A stretch of DNA of 63,083 bases, the filler included, from Choristocarpus tenellus KU-1152 (Eukaryota > Protista > Phaeophyceae): assembly GCA_964200185.2 (NCBI GenBank). It is 10 parts of 10 records of this genome, joined end to end, with 100 filler letters (N's around TTAATTAATTAA, not from the genome) between each part and the next. Parts side by side here need not be neighbours in the genome. Positions count along the whole stretch, not along the records: positions 45,578 to 57,573 come from CAXNAD020002030.1; positions 57,674 to 60,282 come from CAXNAD020026311.1; positions 60,383 to 63,083 come from CAXNAD020025520.1; 7 more parts are not named here. One strand, written 5' to 3'. The position numbers and the translations under genes were made by a program. The notes under the pieces are model-generated. The model was not told the origin of the DNA, ran no database searches, and saw nothing but the letters and a program-made list of their open reading frames with translations. Below are positions 52,363 to 63,083 of this stretch, piece by piece. Every line of letters starts with the position of its first letter. Position 1 is the first letter of the stretch.

Positions 52363-55300
52363 TTTGCATCTTTGTTAATCTTCTGGATAAGAGTTTGCAG
52401 CTACTTTGTATTCACGTCAACCCTGACCATAAGCCCCCTGTCATGTAGTGTGGCAGCGCTTAGGGAAGATCCCCTGTCTTGGGGAGATCGTACTGTCCTT
52501 GGGGAACACCTTTCATACTCTTTTTTGAGAATCTAACTCCAACTTAACCCTAACCCTAGCCCTAACCCTAGCCCTAACCAAAAATAACTTTGGGAGTTAA
52601 AAACAATGTTTCCTAAGGACAGCGGGGCTCCTGAAGACAGAGGATCTCCCCTAGTGCACTCCATCATTGAGATGTTAGTACATTTATTCTGAGGCTGCTT
52701 GGAAGGTCAGTTGCTCCTAATCTTCTCAGTCATTCAACACCAGAAAGAAATGCTAGGGACATTCTATTTGGTGTCGAATGGGTACAATGCATGTCCCCCC
52801 CTCTTTTATTTCCCATCTCTATTGCCTCTTACTCTTGTTCCATTTGACCAGTTCTGCCCACAACTGGAGAGCATACTATGTACATGCATGTGTTGAAAAA
52901 AAAGTGGAAATGCAAACATCTACACTCAGGGTCCAAAGCATTCAAGAGGGTAGAAGTTTTGCTCTGTCTGTTCATTCGGGGCTTGGCTTCCCACAGGTTT
53001 TTTATGCCCTTTTTCGGTTTTCTGTGTGAACACAGGTTGCCTAAAATGTGTACAACTATTAAAGGTGTGTCCAGAGCAAAGATATTGACACTTGCTAACA
53101 AACATGATAGCCAAAAATTCATGGAAAGTGCAACATTGGATTTATGACCCCAAACGGACGTGGCCCTACCTTCTTAAATGCTTTGGGTCTCAGGGAAGAG
53201 CCTGTATCCTGGAGGAAGAAATCATCCAGATGTACGTCTTACAGAGAGATGACCACACATTGAATTGTTCGTAGAATAGGATCATCAGCATCAATTGTTT
53301 AAATCCCATGGTAGCAGGAGGGAAGAGGGCGATTTGAGAAGCAAGCAGAATTTCCACGCTACAAAACACAAAACCTAGGTAGTACTAGTAACACTGACTA
53401 GCAGAACAGTTCAAATTTGTCGCGGCAACCCAGCATCGCACATGGACAACCTACCTCAACTGCAGCACATTGACGCATGAGCATACGCCTAGCAAGCAAT
53501 CTTCCTCTTTGTCCACGAAATATTTTCTGTGCTGCCACAGCAACCTGTTGAAACCATGAAACAACGTGTGGGTTGAACCTATTGATGAGACAGGTATCTC
53601 ACGGTTCTGAGTGACAGAGTTCGCACACTTTTATCTTGAACGCACCACTCCAAAAATGGGGTTAGAGTCAGGAGAGGTTACAGGTCGATAGTGTCCCAGT
53701 GGCTCAATGTGACTCAGAACTCGTTTGTTGGTCGTAATGCTTCTTTCTGTAACACTTCTCCCACCTCCCAGTTTCGGCATAATGTTGTACTTCACTCGCC
53801 CTAACCCTAACTGCAACCCCAACCGTGTTGGTTTGAAGAACGTTCGTGGTGTAGGAACAGCTTGTTGCGACTGCGGCAGGCACTTGGTAGACACTTGGTA
53901 GACACTCACCATCAAAATACTCCTCTGCTGCTCGAAGTATCCTTCATGCTTTTGCTTTGCTTTGATCCTTCCAAGAAAACCTCGAACAAGGGGATTCACG
54001 TAACAAGCCAGGCCAACCTTCTGGCGTTGAATCCGAGCCTTGGAATTTGCAACTGCGCAGCGTGCTGCCTGCTGAAGGCAACATGCTGCCCTGTACCTCA
54101 GAATGATAGGAAAGACTGCCTTCCAAGCGCTTTGGGTTCAAGTATGCAATGATCAGGAGTGCATAAGGTTCAGTCTGAGAGCCAGGGAGGGGAAGGGGGG
54201 TAGAGACCGACGAGTCACTCTCTGTGTCACGCGTAGTGATAAGAAAAAAATGCTTTGCATTCCTATCAAAAGATGATCACACCCTGTTTCTAACCCTGCT
54301 CTTCGAAACGATCAGTCTCCCAAACAACTCTCACCATCGTCTCCTGGCCATGGCTTGGATCTTGACCGCTGCCTCATGACGTATCTTCTCCTCTAGCAGA
54401 GCATCTGCTTCCACCCTCACAAGAACCCCCCGCCAAAGTCGCTGAATCATTAGTGCTGCCACGTTTCTGCGTTGATCCCTCTTAAGAATGCGTGCAGGTT
54501 GTCGCCCAAGGGTAAAACCTCGCCATGCTGCTTGGATGCTCGTGGCTGCATGCTCCAACTGCTGTGCCGCCTTCAAATGCATCGCGGTCCTAACCCAGAC
54601 AAACTCCTTGTACTTACATTCTATGGTTTTGACAGCTGCTCGCTTCTCAAGGAAGCTGGCACGGCGAATTGCCCTCGTCCTTCCTGCATGGCCACGGATC
54701 ACTTTCTGTATGGCAGTGGCGGCAAGGGACCTTTGAACCCTATCAGCCTGCCGTCGGCCCAGCATACCACGGATTGACCGCTGTATCTCAAGTGCTGCTG
54801 CTTGCACCTCCACCACTCGCTCTGCTCGCATAGCTGCAGCCCAACGAAGCAAACATCGTTGCTGTTTACGCCAGAGGAGGGGCTCCATCACACCGGTCCC
54901 TAGAGCCAATGCTCCCACCACACGTACCAACCGTCCTGCCACCTCCAGGTTCTTCTCGTGGTGGATAACACCAATCCATTGTGACCATGCCTGGCGAACA
55001 TTGTCCAAGGTCAACTTGTTCATGGCTTCACCCATCCGCTCCACAGCAGCTCTGGCAAGGGCTCTCTGAGCACTATTATTTTGTTCAGAACCTGCTGACT
55101 CACTTGTCCACGCCTCGGCCTTCCTTGCCATGGATAGAGATATCCAGGCTTCATTGTGTTGTGATTCCTCCAGCTCGGCACGAAGAATAGTGGCTGTTAC
55201 TTTACCCTGATGCAGAATACGTCAAAATGCAGGTATCAGAGGAGAAGGGATGCGTACCCATATTGTTGTGTATTTCTCAAAGGAAGACTGTAGAAGTGAA

Positions 55301-57573
55301 GTCACAGGTCTTTCCCTTCTTACTCCCAGTCACATCAGTGCAGCTACCTGAGACTGGACGGTCATGAAGAGAGGGGCCAGCACTAAAAATAAGAAACCAT
55401 AGCAGCTACCAGGGTTTTCACCTTGAACCCAGGTCGCAGGCAGCGTGGAGTTGATCGTGGTTGGAATTTGATTCCTGGATCTTTGTCTTTTTTGTCAACC
55501 TCATGGTCTGAACCCCAATCTTGTTGTGGCTGTTTCCTCCCCCTTGCTAACTTCAGAGGGGGAAGACCTAAATCCCCGCCTTCTCCTGATGCAGGACGGA
55601 TATCAGCTGAATTGTTGTGGGCTCGACATACAGTTATGTCCTTGCTTGTTGCCCAGTTTACCCATTGTCCCTTTCCCAGTGATGGTGCACTTTGTCCGGG
55701 TATAGTTGGTGTCTTAGATTCAATGTTGAGACAGCCCCGATACACAGCGACACAATGCAATCTGAACTTTGTAGTGACCACTCCAACAAACTGTTCAACG
55801 AGCAGTCCAATAGGGTCTCTAGGAAGAGCATCTGGAATGGTGGAACGAGCAGAATGATAACTATGCTGTTGTTCCAAGCCCTGTGATCTTATTGACATTG
55901 TGACGGTGGTATCTTTGCTCCTCCTTTCTCTGCCTGTAGACTCTTTGTCCAATGAGCTCTTATTGATGTTTGCAAGACAAGCTTTGTTGCCTTCACAACA
56001 CTCAGGGTCAGACTGGATATTTGTCCCTGCTGGTTCTACTGCTTTGTGATGCATCAAGTACTGCCTGTCTGTGGGTTTCATCGAATCATAGATGATGGCA
56101 GGCCGTGAAGAAGCTATGATGGTCGAAATCCCATCCTCACTAAAGACACCTGTGAGGAAACCACTGTTCAAGGCTTGATGGGCTGTTGTTTCTGAGATCA
56201 TTGCAGGCAGGGTGGCGAAGTCAACACCAGCAGGGGATGTCCAATTACATTCCTGCGAAGGATAAAGTTTCTGCAAGTGACTGCATCCCTTGTCCTCCAT
56301 GCTCTTCTGACAACAGCCTTCACTTTGTTTTTTCTCCAACCTCAGGAACGTTCCCTTCAAACTAAGGCATAGGAGCACCATCAGTGCTTTCTGCAGGCGA
56401 TCACGGTCAAAGCGGAAGATTGCCAAAGCCATACATCGAACCCCCTCTGCACTTTCTCCAATTGCTCTTGCTATTCTGGCAATGTTGGCGCTGTGCAGAG
56501 ACGGAAGAGATTGGACTGCCAGTGGGTCACGGAGCCTGGGTTGTGCTGTACCAAGTGTGAAGAGCACCGGCCAAGCATGCCCCGTGCAGTCGGTTTGCTT
56601 GCTGGCCCGGTTTTCTGGTCCTGCCCATCCCCAGTCACTATTGGGTCCACTGACTGAGAAGGGTCTGAGAGAGGACAAGTAATTCTTCAGTGATACCGGT
56701 TCTTCAGTCAACCTCTGCCTGACCAAGAAGCCTTCAGCATGAATTGGACTATCTACAGGGTTAAATTCGTGCTGGTTCCTACTATGACCCCCCTTTCTCC
56801 TGCCTGTGCTCTGGACAACTGCAAGGCCCTCCGTGAGCCTTGGTTTAGTAACTGTCATCGACCCTACCTGATGAGATGTACGCTTCCCCTCGTTCCTTGG
56901 GATGTTGCAAGTTCCCAGTTCCGGCTTGTTTTCTTTGTGTGCCAACCCTATTTCGCCTAACAGCTCGTGGTGTGGTGCACGTATTTGGTAGCAAAATATC
57001 TGGTCTTCAAGTTGCTCAACATGGTCACGGAGTTCTTGCAGTTCCTCCTTCATCCCGACAACACGATCATCGGGTGTAACGAGGAAATTTCCTCCCAGGC
57101 CAGTAGCGGTTGCGTTCTCTAAGAGTATGCGGAGGACTCTGGGGTTGCTGGAGTGATTGTACAATCTGATGGATTTTTTCCTTTTCCCCAGAACGCTTAG
57201 CCTTGACTTCATGTCTGCATATCCTACCCCACTGCACTTCCCGTCATGCAGGCTTGACTGTCGGTGCTGGAACGTACCATCGGCACTCCCATTCCTAAGT
57301 TTGTGAGGAGACCAGTGAACGTTTGGTCTTTGTGACCTGACTCGAGTCGCTCGTTCCTGTTTGCGTCGTTTCTGAGGAAGGACGGGTAGGGGTCCAGGAC
57401 TTTTGGCAGCAAGTACTCCACCCATTGTGTCATAAGAAAGAATCGAGTGCCCTTCCTCCAACGCGATGAAACTTGTCTCTGGGAGGCCCGCGGACGTCAG
57501 CCGTGGCCAACTTGAGATAGGACCGCATGGTAAGGGCTCCAACGCACCGGGCGCGACATTACTACCAGAACGG
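45578..57573 (-). CDS. Large IQ-motif repeat protein with C-terminal B-box zinc finger and QVWDQGDQ tandem repeats
   Basis: 12 phase-consistent exons: (57573)-55422, 55206-54335, 54090-53910, 53544-53455, 52207-52049, 51308-50973, 50342-50133, 49164-49063, 48919-48804, 47391-47205, 46579-46403, 46056-(45578). More than 12 IQ-like motifs (IQRSIRGMLGR, IQKVIRGHAGR, IQAAWRGF, IQRLWRG) and CAECEGQYATRQCSTCLDKFCQQCWDRIHLKGVRRFH. Both ends run into contig edges. Confidence 0.85.
52302..52363. repeat. (GT)n microsatellite
   Basis: Direct reading; smaller microsatellites at ~3212, ~26838, ~41750, ~42295 and ~57947. Confidence 0.95.
52456..52657. mobile_element. Foldback/MITE-like element with central (CCCTAA)n tract
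   Basis: ~50-bp imperfect inverted arms (gcgcttagggaagatcccctgtctt...ctgtccttggggaaca versus tgtttcctaaggacag...aagacagaggatctcccctagtgc) flanking aaccctaaccctagccctaaccctagccctaacc. Confidence 0.7.
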
Positions 57574-58023
57574 NNNNNNNNNNNNNNNNNNNNNNNNNNN
57601 NNNNNNNNNNNNNNNNNTTAATTAATTAANNNNNNNNNNNNNNNNNNNNNNNNNNNNNNNNNNNNNNNNNNNNCCCCCCCCCAGATACTTTGGGTCACTA
57701 CTGTGAGAAACAGGATTATTTTTCTTTCACCACAATTGGACGTTTTTGGACTACATTCCTTTTCCTCTTGATTGTCGCAAGTGTTACGTATTCCGATTCC
57801 CCGGGAGTTACAATATATAGAGAGGCATATGTTTTCTTGTTCAGACAGAGTAGTTGAGTACTTTCAAACCCTCATGCCGGCCATGCACCTACACACCTGC
57901 TGTTATTTTACTTTCACTGCGTCGGCCTCCACACTCACATTGATAATCTCTCTCTCTCTCTCTCTCTCTTTCTCTTTCTGTGCCCTTACTTTGCAACAAC
58001 CATCTCTCTCCCTCTGAGGACAG

Positions 58024-58134
58024 TATGGACTAGAGGGGGGACGGCCCAAGTTTTGCCGAGCTCACAAGTCTTATGGTATGTTGGACGTGCGAAATCGGCG
58101 CTGCAAGGCCAATGGGTGCAGCACTCGTCCAACG
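58024..58134 (+). CDS. Single exon encoding one EsV-1-7 cysteine-rich repeat
   Basis: cag|TATGGA...CCAACG|gtgagt, 111 nt, phase 0/0; translates YGLEGGRPKFCRAHKSYGMLDVRNRRCKANGCSTRPT, matching the recalled EsV-1-7 consensus FG..GG...FCA.H...GMVDV...RC...GC.K.P. Too short to appear in the ORF track. Confidence 0.85.
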
Positions 58135-59429
58135 GTGAGTGAAGTGAGGTGGAAGTATGTAGTAAGTCCACTTCGTTGGTTGGTTCGTTGCGCCTCCTCT
58201 GCGCTCTCTCTCCCTCCCTCCATCTCCCTCTCTCTCTCTCTCTTGACTGTTTTGTGAATGCTTGCGTTCTATCCTTGATTTTGTTTTATTTTTTATCTCT
58301 GTAGTTTGTTGAAGAGAGTTTGATTTCGGTTCCGTTATGTGCCTGAACGTGATCACACTTGGGGTTAGTTGGCCCTTGACATGGATCAGGGCGACGGTCA
58401 CGGTGTGTACCACTGAATTTTGCTTAGTGTGTAGTGTGTAGTGTGTAGTGTGTAGCGAAGTCAAGAACGATACTGTCCTCTGACAGGATGAAATCTCAGA
58501 GTAGTTTTCTTGTTTTCAAGTTTGCAACAGTGTGTGTTCTGTTTTTTGGGGGGGAGGGGGAGGGGNNNNNNNNNTTTGTTGTTTTGTAGTTTGCAGTTGT
58601 GTTTGTTTTGTTTTTGGGGGGGGGGGGGGAGGGGGGGTGAGCAGTGGAGTTAATACATGTTTCACAGTAGCACCGGTTGTTGACTGTTCTAAAGGGAAAT
58701 CCTTCAATCTTTAGAAAAATTGGAGGCTAATTCCAACCCCAACCTCAAGTTCTTAAGGAGGTGTCGTTATAGTTGAACAATGTTCTATGCGCTTTGAAGC
58801 CATGCAGCTGTAAATTGTCCAAAACAAGATAGGTGGACAGCACTTATTGAATAGATAAGATGCCTTTCTCTCACCCCAGTGTCAGCAATGCCTCTGAAAG
58901 CTGATCAAGGGTCTGTACTTGCTGTTTCCACGGCTGATGTGACAGTGTGATGTGACAGTCCCTTGTCCTTTCGCCTATCCCTGAGAGAGACATCGAGCCA
59001 AATAGTTTGTGCTGGGGATAGGATCAGGCAGACGTTACGACACATGTGGACTCGGGCAGTTCTGAGTCAAAGTCATAGGCAACACATTACCCAGGGTGTA
59101 CCCTATAGTGCCTGCTACGATTGCCATCTATCTTTTCTTGTCATCAACATGCTCTCAACACTCCGTACTGTAGCGCAATGTGTTCTGGTGGAATAGTTGT
59201 TACATGGGCCCCACTTCTTCCCGCTTCTTCATCCTGTTCCATTCTCGTGGTCGTTCCAATGCCATCACCAGTGCCGCCATCACTCCAACATATAACATGT
59301 TTCCGGGCTCTCTCGGCGTTTGTCCTGAACGAGTTAACGAGTTGGATGATTCTTGTAACATGGGTTGTTTCAAGAGGGAGGATGGAGCAGAGCACGATTG
59401 AGGTCTCCGTCCATTTTTTTCTCGTTGAT

Positions 59430-59528
59430 ACTTACGAAATGTTCATACTCTTATGAAATGTTCATATTTATGAAATGTTCATATTTATTAAATGTTCATA
59501 CTTACGAAATGTTCATATTTTTGAAATG
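59430..59528. repeat. Minisatellite, ~17-19-bp unit (tta(c/t)gaaatgttcata..), about 5-6 copies
   Basis: Direct reading. Confidence 0.9.
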
Positions 59529-61268
59529 CAAAGAGTCGACAACGTGTAGGATGGGGTGAAATGCCCCCACTGGGGCAGGAGATGAAGAGATCTGCCAGTC
59601 ATAGAAAAACTCTACTAAACTATATAGAGTAAACTATGCTGTTGTGAGAGTTGAGAAAACTAGACAAGAAAGTGTGAACAAGAATTTGAGCGATATCTTG
59701 GAGAGCGCAATACACCTGGGTGAAGTGTGGAATGATCGAGGGTTCAAAGTGTTTGTAGACTTTTTTTAATATTTATATGTTTATATGTACCTGTTTGAGT
59801 CCGCACGCACAAAATGCGTACCTCTTCTTGTCCACAACCAAACCAAAATATCCTTTAAAAAAGAGCTGATTTTCCTCTCTTTAAAAAAAAAACCTTTTTT
59901 TTCACTGCCTTTTAAAAAAAAAAATGCTACTTGCATTTTTTTTTTTTGCAGTTGTCTTTAAGAATTTATTTCTTTCTGTTTTACTCTTCTTACTTCTCGT
60001 GCCCCGACTTTTTTTTTTTAATCCAACGACCACTAACACTTCCTGCAATACCTCCCACCAACCAATCCCATACTATACTATCTTTAATAGGCTAATTGTA
60101 ATGACTAATTGACCGTGCGCTGTGTATGAAAATTGTAAATATATATATGCATGTGCTTGTGTGAGCTTTGCTTTGTCCAGTGATAGTGTTGCTACCTACT
60201 CTTCTTGAGTGAGGTGTGCTTCTAACCTATCTGTTGAGAAGTCCCTGACCCATCTATGAACGGTGGTCACGGAGCGAGGGGGNNNNNNNNNNNNNNNNNN
60301 NNNNNNNNNNNNNNNNNNNNNNNNNNTTAATTAATTAANNNNNNNNNNNNNNNNNNNNNNNNNNNNNNNNNNNNNNNNNNNNCCCCCCCTCCCAGATACT
60401 TTGAGTCAACTGCCAACAAGACATATCGCCTGTAACACATGTTCCTACCTCACGCAGTTTATTTTTCGTGACCCCATATGTTGTGTGCAATTATGTGTTT
60501 TTGTGTGCCACAACAATTACTACTACTTACTACCAATGCAACAAGTCCTATTGCTAAGCACAGCTATATACACTGACACCTGCACGCGTGTAATTTTTTT
60601 TCTTGCACTTCCTCTCTCTCCCTCACCCCCTTTTCTAGTGTTGCGGTTGTCAACAGCATTGCTCCTAATTATTAAAGTAAATGATCTTCACTTTACTATG
60701 TTCTAGTAGCATTAGTACTTGTAGTTACATTTTCAAGAAAGACTGATGATGAGTTTTGAATGAAAATAACGTCAATAACGGTTATGCTACTGCTGTTACA
60801 GTAGGAAAAACAATGGCAACAAGGACAACAACGAGCGAGTAGTGGCAATACTTGTAACATTAGTAGTAATAACACCGAGTGGTGGAAATGTTGACAGGAT
60901 GCACAATGTCGAACATCTCACAGTCAATTGTACCTATACAACATAACAACAACAACAACAGGCAGTCACCAAGCGGTAAGAAGACAATCAAACACAACAT
61001 TTCCTCACATAAACGAGCTTACTATGCTCATATGCCACCAATATTTGAAATGCATGTATGCAGCTAAAACCACTAATGGTACAACACCATTTATGACACA
61101 ATGGAGAAGGGGGGGAAAGGGGGGAAGGGGGGGGTAACAGTTATTTTTCTGTATTGTGGGGATTGTCCCGATCTCTCATCCATGGATGGATTTTGAATAC
61201 AAGAGGCGGTGGTTGTCTGTACCACAATGGCCGAGTACAGTGCCCGCTTCAGCATTGCCTACCTATCA

Positions 61269-61473
61269 GAGCAGACGGTCGATCAGAATGGGAGACATCT
61301 CTACAGTGTGCGCAAGAAGGAACTTCACACAGCCAAGCACATCATCAACCATATAGTATGACCACCCCGTCAATCGAAACACAGGCAAAAACGGTTGATG
61401 GTGAGCTTGATATGTGAAGTTCCTTATTGCGCACACTGTAGAGATATTTATCATAATGATCGGGCATCTGCTC
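61269..61473. other. Long imperfect inverted repeat (hairpin), ~80-bp arms, ~42-nt loop
   Basis: Arm 61269-61350 is the near reverse complement of 61393-61473, with a 33-bp core (atctctacagtgtgcgcaa.aaggaacttcaca) containing one mismatch. Confidence 0.9.
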
Positions 61474-62857
61474 AAATTTGCACATGAGATTTATATACTT
61501 CAAAGGAACATTGCACTGTTCATTTTCAGAGTATGTCTGCTAACTTAATATCAGTCAATCGATAGGAAAGTATATGCAATGTTCTGATTGAAGTCTTAGG
61601 CGTTTTTGCAGGTTGCTGGGTAGTAGTATAATATAGTGATAAATATCGTGCCTCAGAGAAACTAGAGGTTCGGCACTATTTTCGACATTGTTTATAGGCT
61701 GTGGCTGTGAAAGGGGCGCCTAGTTATTTGTGTATGGTCTGCATATTATGTAGCGATAATGTTTTACATGATACTTTTAATTCTGCAAGGTACCCTTGCT
61801 AGAAAATGTATATGAAAGGGTAGGGAGAGGCCGATGAGACAGGGAATGATCACAAAGAGGAGTACTCATTTAATCCACTCCCCTATTAAGAACAACTAAA
61901 ACTAGGAACTTCGAAACTTACTAAAGGTATCCAAATACCTCAATAACTCTCTCCTAATCACGTGGTCGAAGGGTATACCTATAATATTTGTACATAAAGA
62001 ATAGACTAGGTATGAACGTTATCGATTGTTGTCTGTTCGCACCTTAGTATGACGGAAACACCGTAAGGAGAATATGTGTAGGAAGCTTTCGTGAACCAGC
62101 GTCCTCCTTGTCATCTTATCATCCGCACTATGGCAAACGTCTCCCTGCTTGCTTCCTGGCTGCACAAGATCTGCAGAGCATACGGAGGAGCGGTGGAAGA
62201 AAGGTAGTTTTTTTCCTAGAGGAAATATGGTGGGCACGATTAAAATTTTCGTCATGACCTTCAGTACAGTGGGGGCGTCGGCGGTTGAAAGATCGGCGTC
62301 GCTAATAATAGACACACGAGCGAGGTTGGTATGAGCGTCCTCTGCCCTGGAGCCTGGACCGTTACGACTCGCGATCCCAGTCCTGTCGATTGGAATAAGA
62401 CGAACTTTGGTCGAACTGTGTCCATTAAAAGTCATTTGTGTAATAGAATAGGGAAGGTGGTGGGCAACCTCCTGGATTCACTTGATGACAATAATCCAAC
62501 AACACATCATTACGACAATCTAAGTTTGTTATAGTTGAGAGCATGATAGTTGAAGTCGTGTTCTCTCATATAAAATATTCCAATCCTAACCCTAACCCTT
62601 GTTCTAAAATTAGTACCAAAAAAGAAACAAAATATAAACTAAATTTATGAAAAATATGAACAGAAATACATTACACATTAATAATAAGATGATAGAAGAA
62701 TTTGGAGTACAGGACTAAATAGGTTACAAGCAAACGGAACACAATAGGATAACTGGTAGTAAAAAGGTCAAGACAGTAGGTGCCCCGAATTTGTTCACCC
62801 ATGGCCGAAAAAAGCGGTACAGAATTGATGTGATAAAATACCGTTTTAAAAAAAAAC

Positions 62858-63080
62858 GGGAAATCAATCGTGGAATCGACAAACAATCGTGGCATTCGTG
62901 GGAAATCAATCGTGGAATCGAGTATTAATCGTGGTTAGCTGGGAAATCAATCGTGGAATCGAGTAATCAATCGTGGTGAGCTGAGAAATCAATCGTCGAA
63001 GCGACTGATTAAGCGTGGTGAGCTGCGAAATCAATCGTCGAAGCAACTAATTAATCGTGGTGAGCTGGGAAATCAATCAT
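62858..63080. repeat. 42-bp tandem repeat with internal ~21-bp sub-periodicity, at least 5 units
   Basis: Variants of gggaaatcaatcgtggaatcgagtaatcaatcgtggtgagct, running to the window end. Confidence 0.9.
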
Positions 63081-63083
63081 AAG

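Noticed and set aside
62140-62200. Second EsV-1-7 repeat (PCLLPGCTRSA)
   Set aside because: Lacks the FCxxH and GMxDV parts and a matching exon structure.
62858-63083. CRISPR-like array
   Set aside because: The sequences between conserved blocks are near-identical rather than unique spacers; there are no cas genes and the context is eukaryotic.

Overview
Eukaryotic, intron-rich DNA, most likely from the brown-algal/ochrophyte lineage. Supporting signs are an EsV-1-7 repeat exon, a bipartite plastid presequence and a stramenopile-type calcyphosin. The window is not contiguous: it is 10 contigs joined by artificial 100-nt linkers (44 N + TTAATTAATTAA + 44 N), so gene neighbourhoods across linkers mean nothing. 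Splicing by hand gives: a claspin/Mrc1-like 3' gene half; a complete 3-exon plastid, probably thylakoid-lumen, protein; the 5' end of a PEP carboxylase with a putative mitochondrial presequence; a class-3 lipase; a calcyphosin-like EF-hand protein; a coiled-coil gene fragment; a large IQ-repeat/B-box/QVWDQGDQ-repeat protein; and a lone one-repeat EsV-1-7 exon. Mobile DNA includes two decayed RTE-like LINE fragments, a chromodomain-bearing Ty3/gypsy pol fragment and several MITE-like families. Most notable signals: (1) about 4 of roughly 33 inferred introns use GC donors, three strongly supported by restored reading frames or motifs; (2) strong CpG depletion in a gene body with CpG-rich islands at gene 5' ends, suggesting CG methylation; (3) an ~80-bp-arm hairpin that could be a small-RNA precursor; (4) a symmetric single-repeat EsV-1-7 exon; (5) a foldback element with a telomeric-repeat loop. 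All calls were made by eye and no database searches were run.
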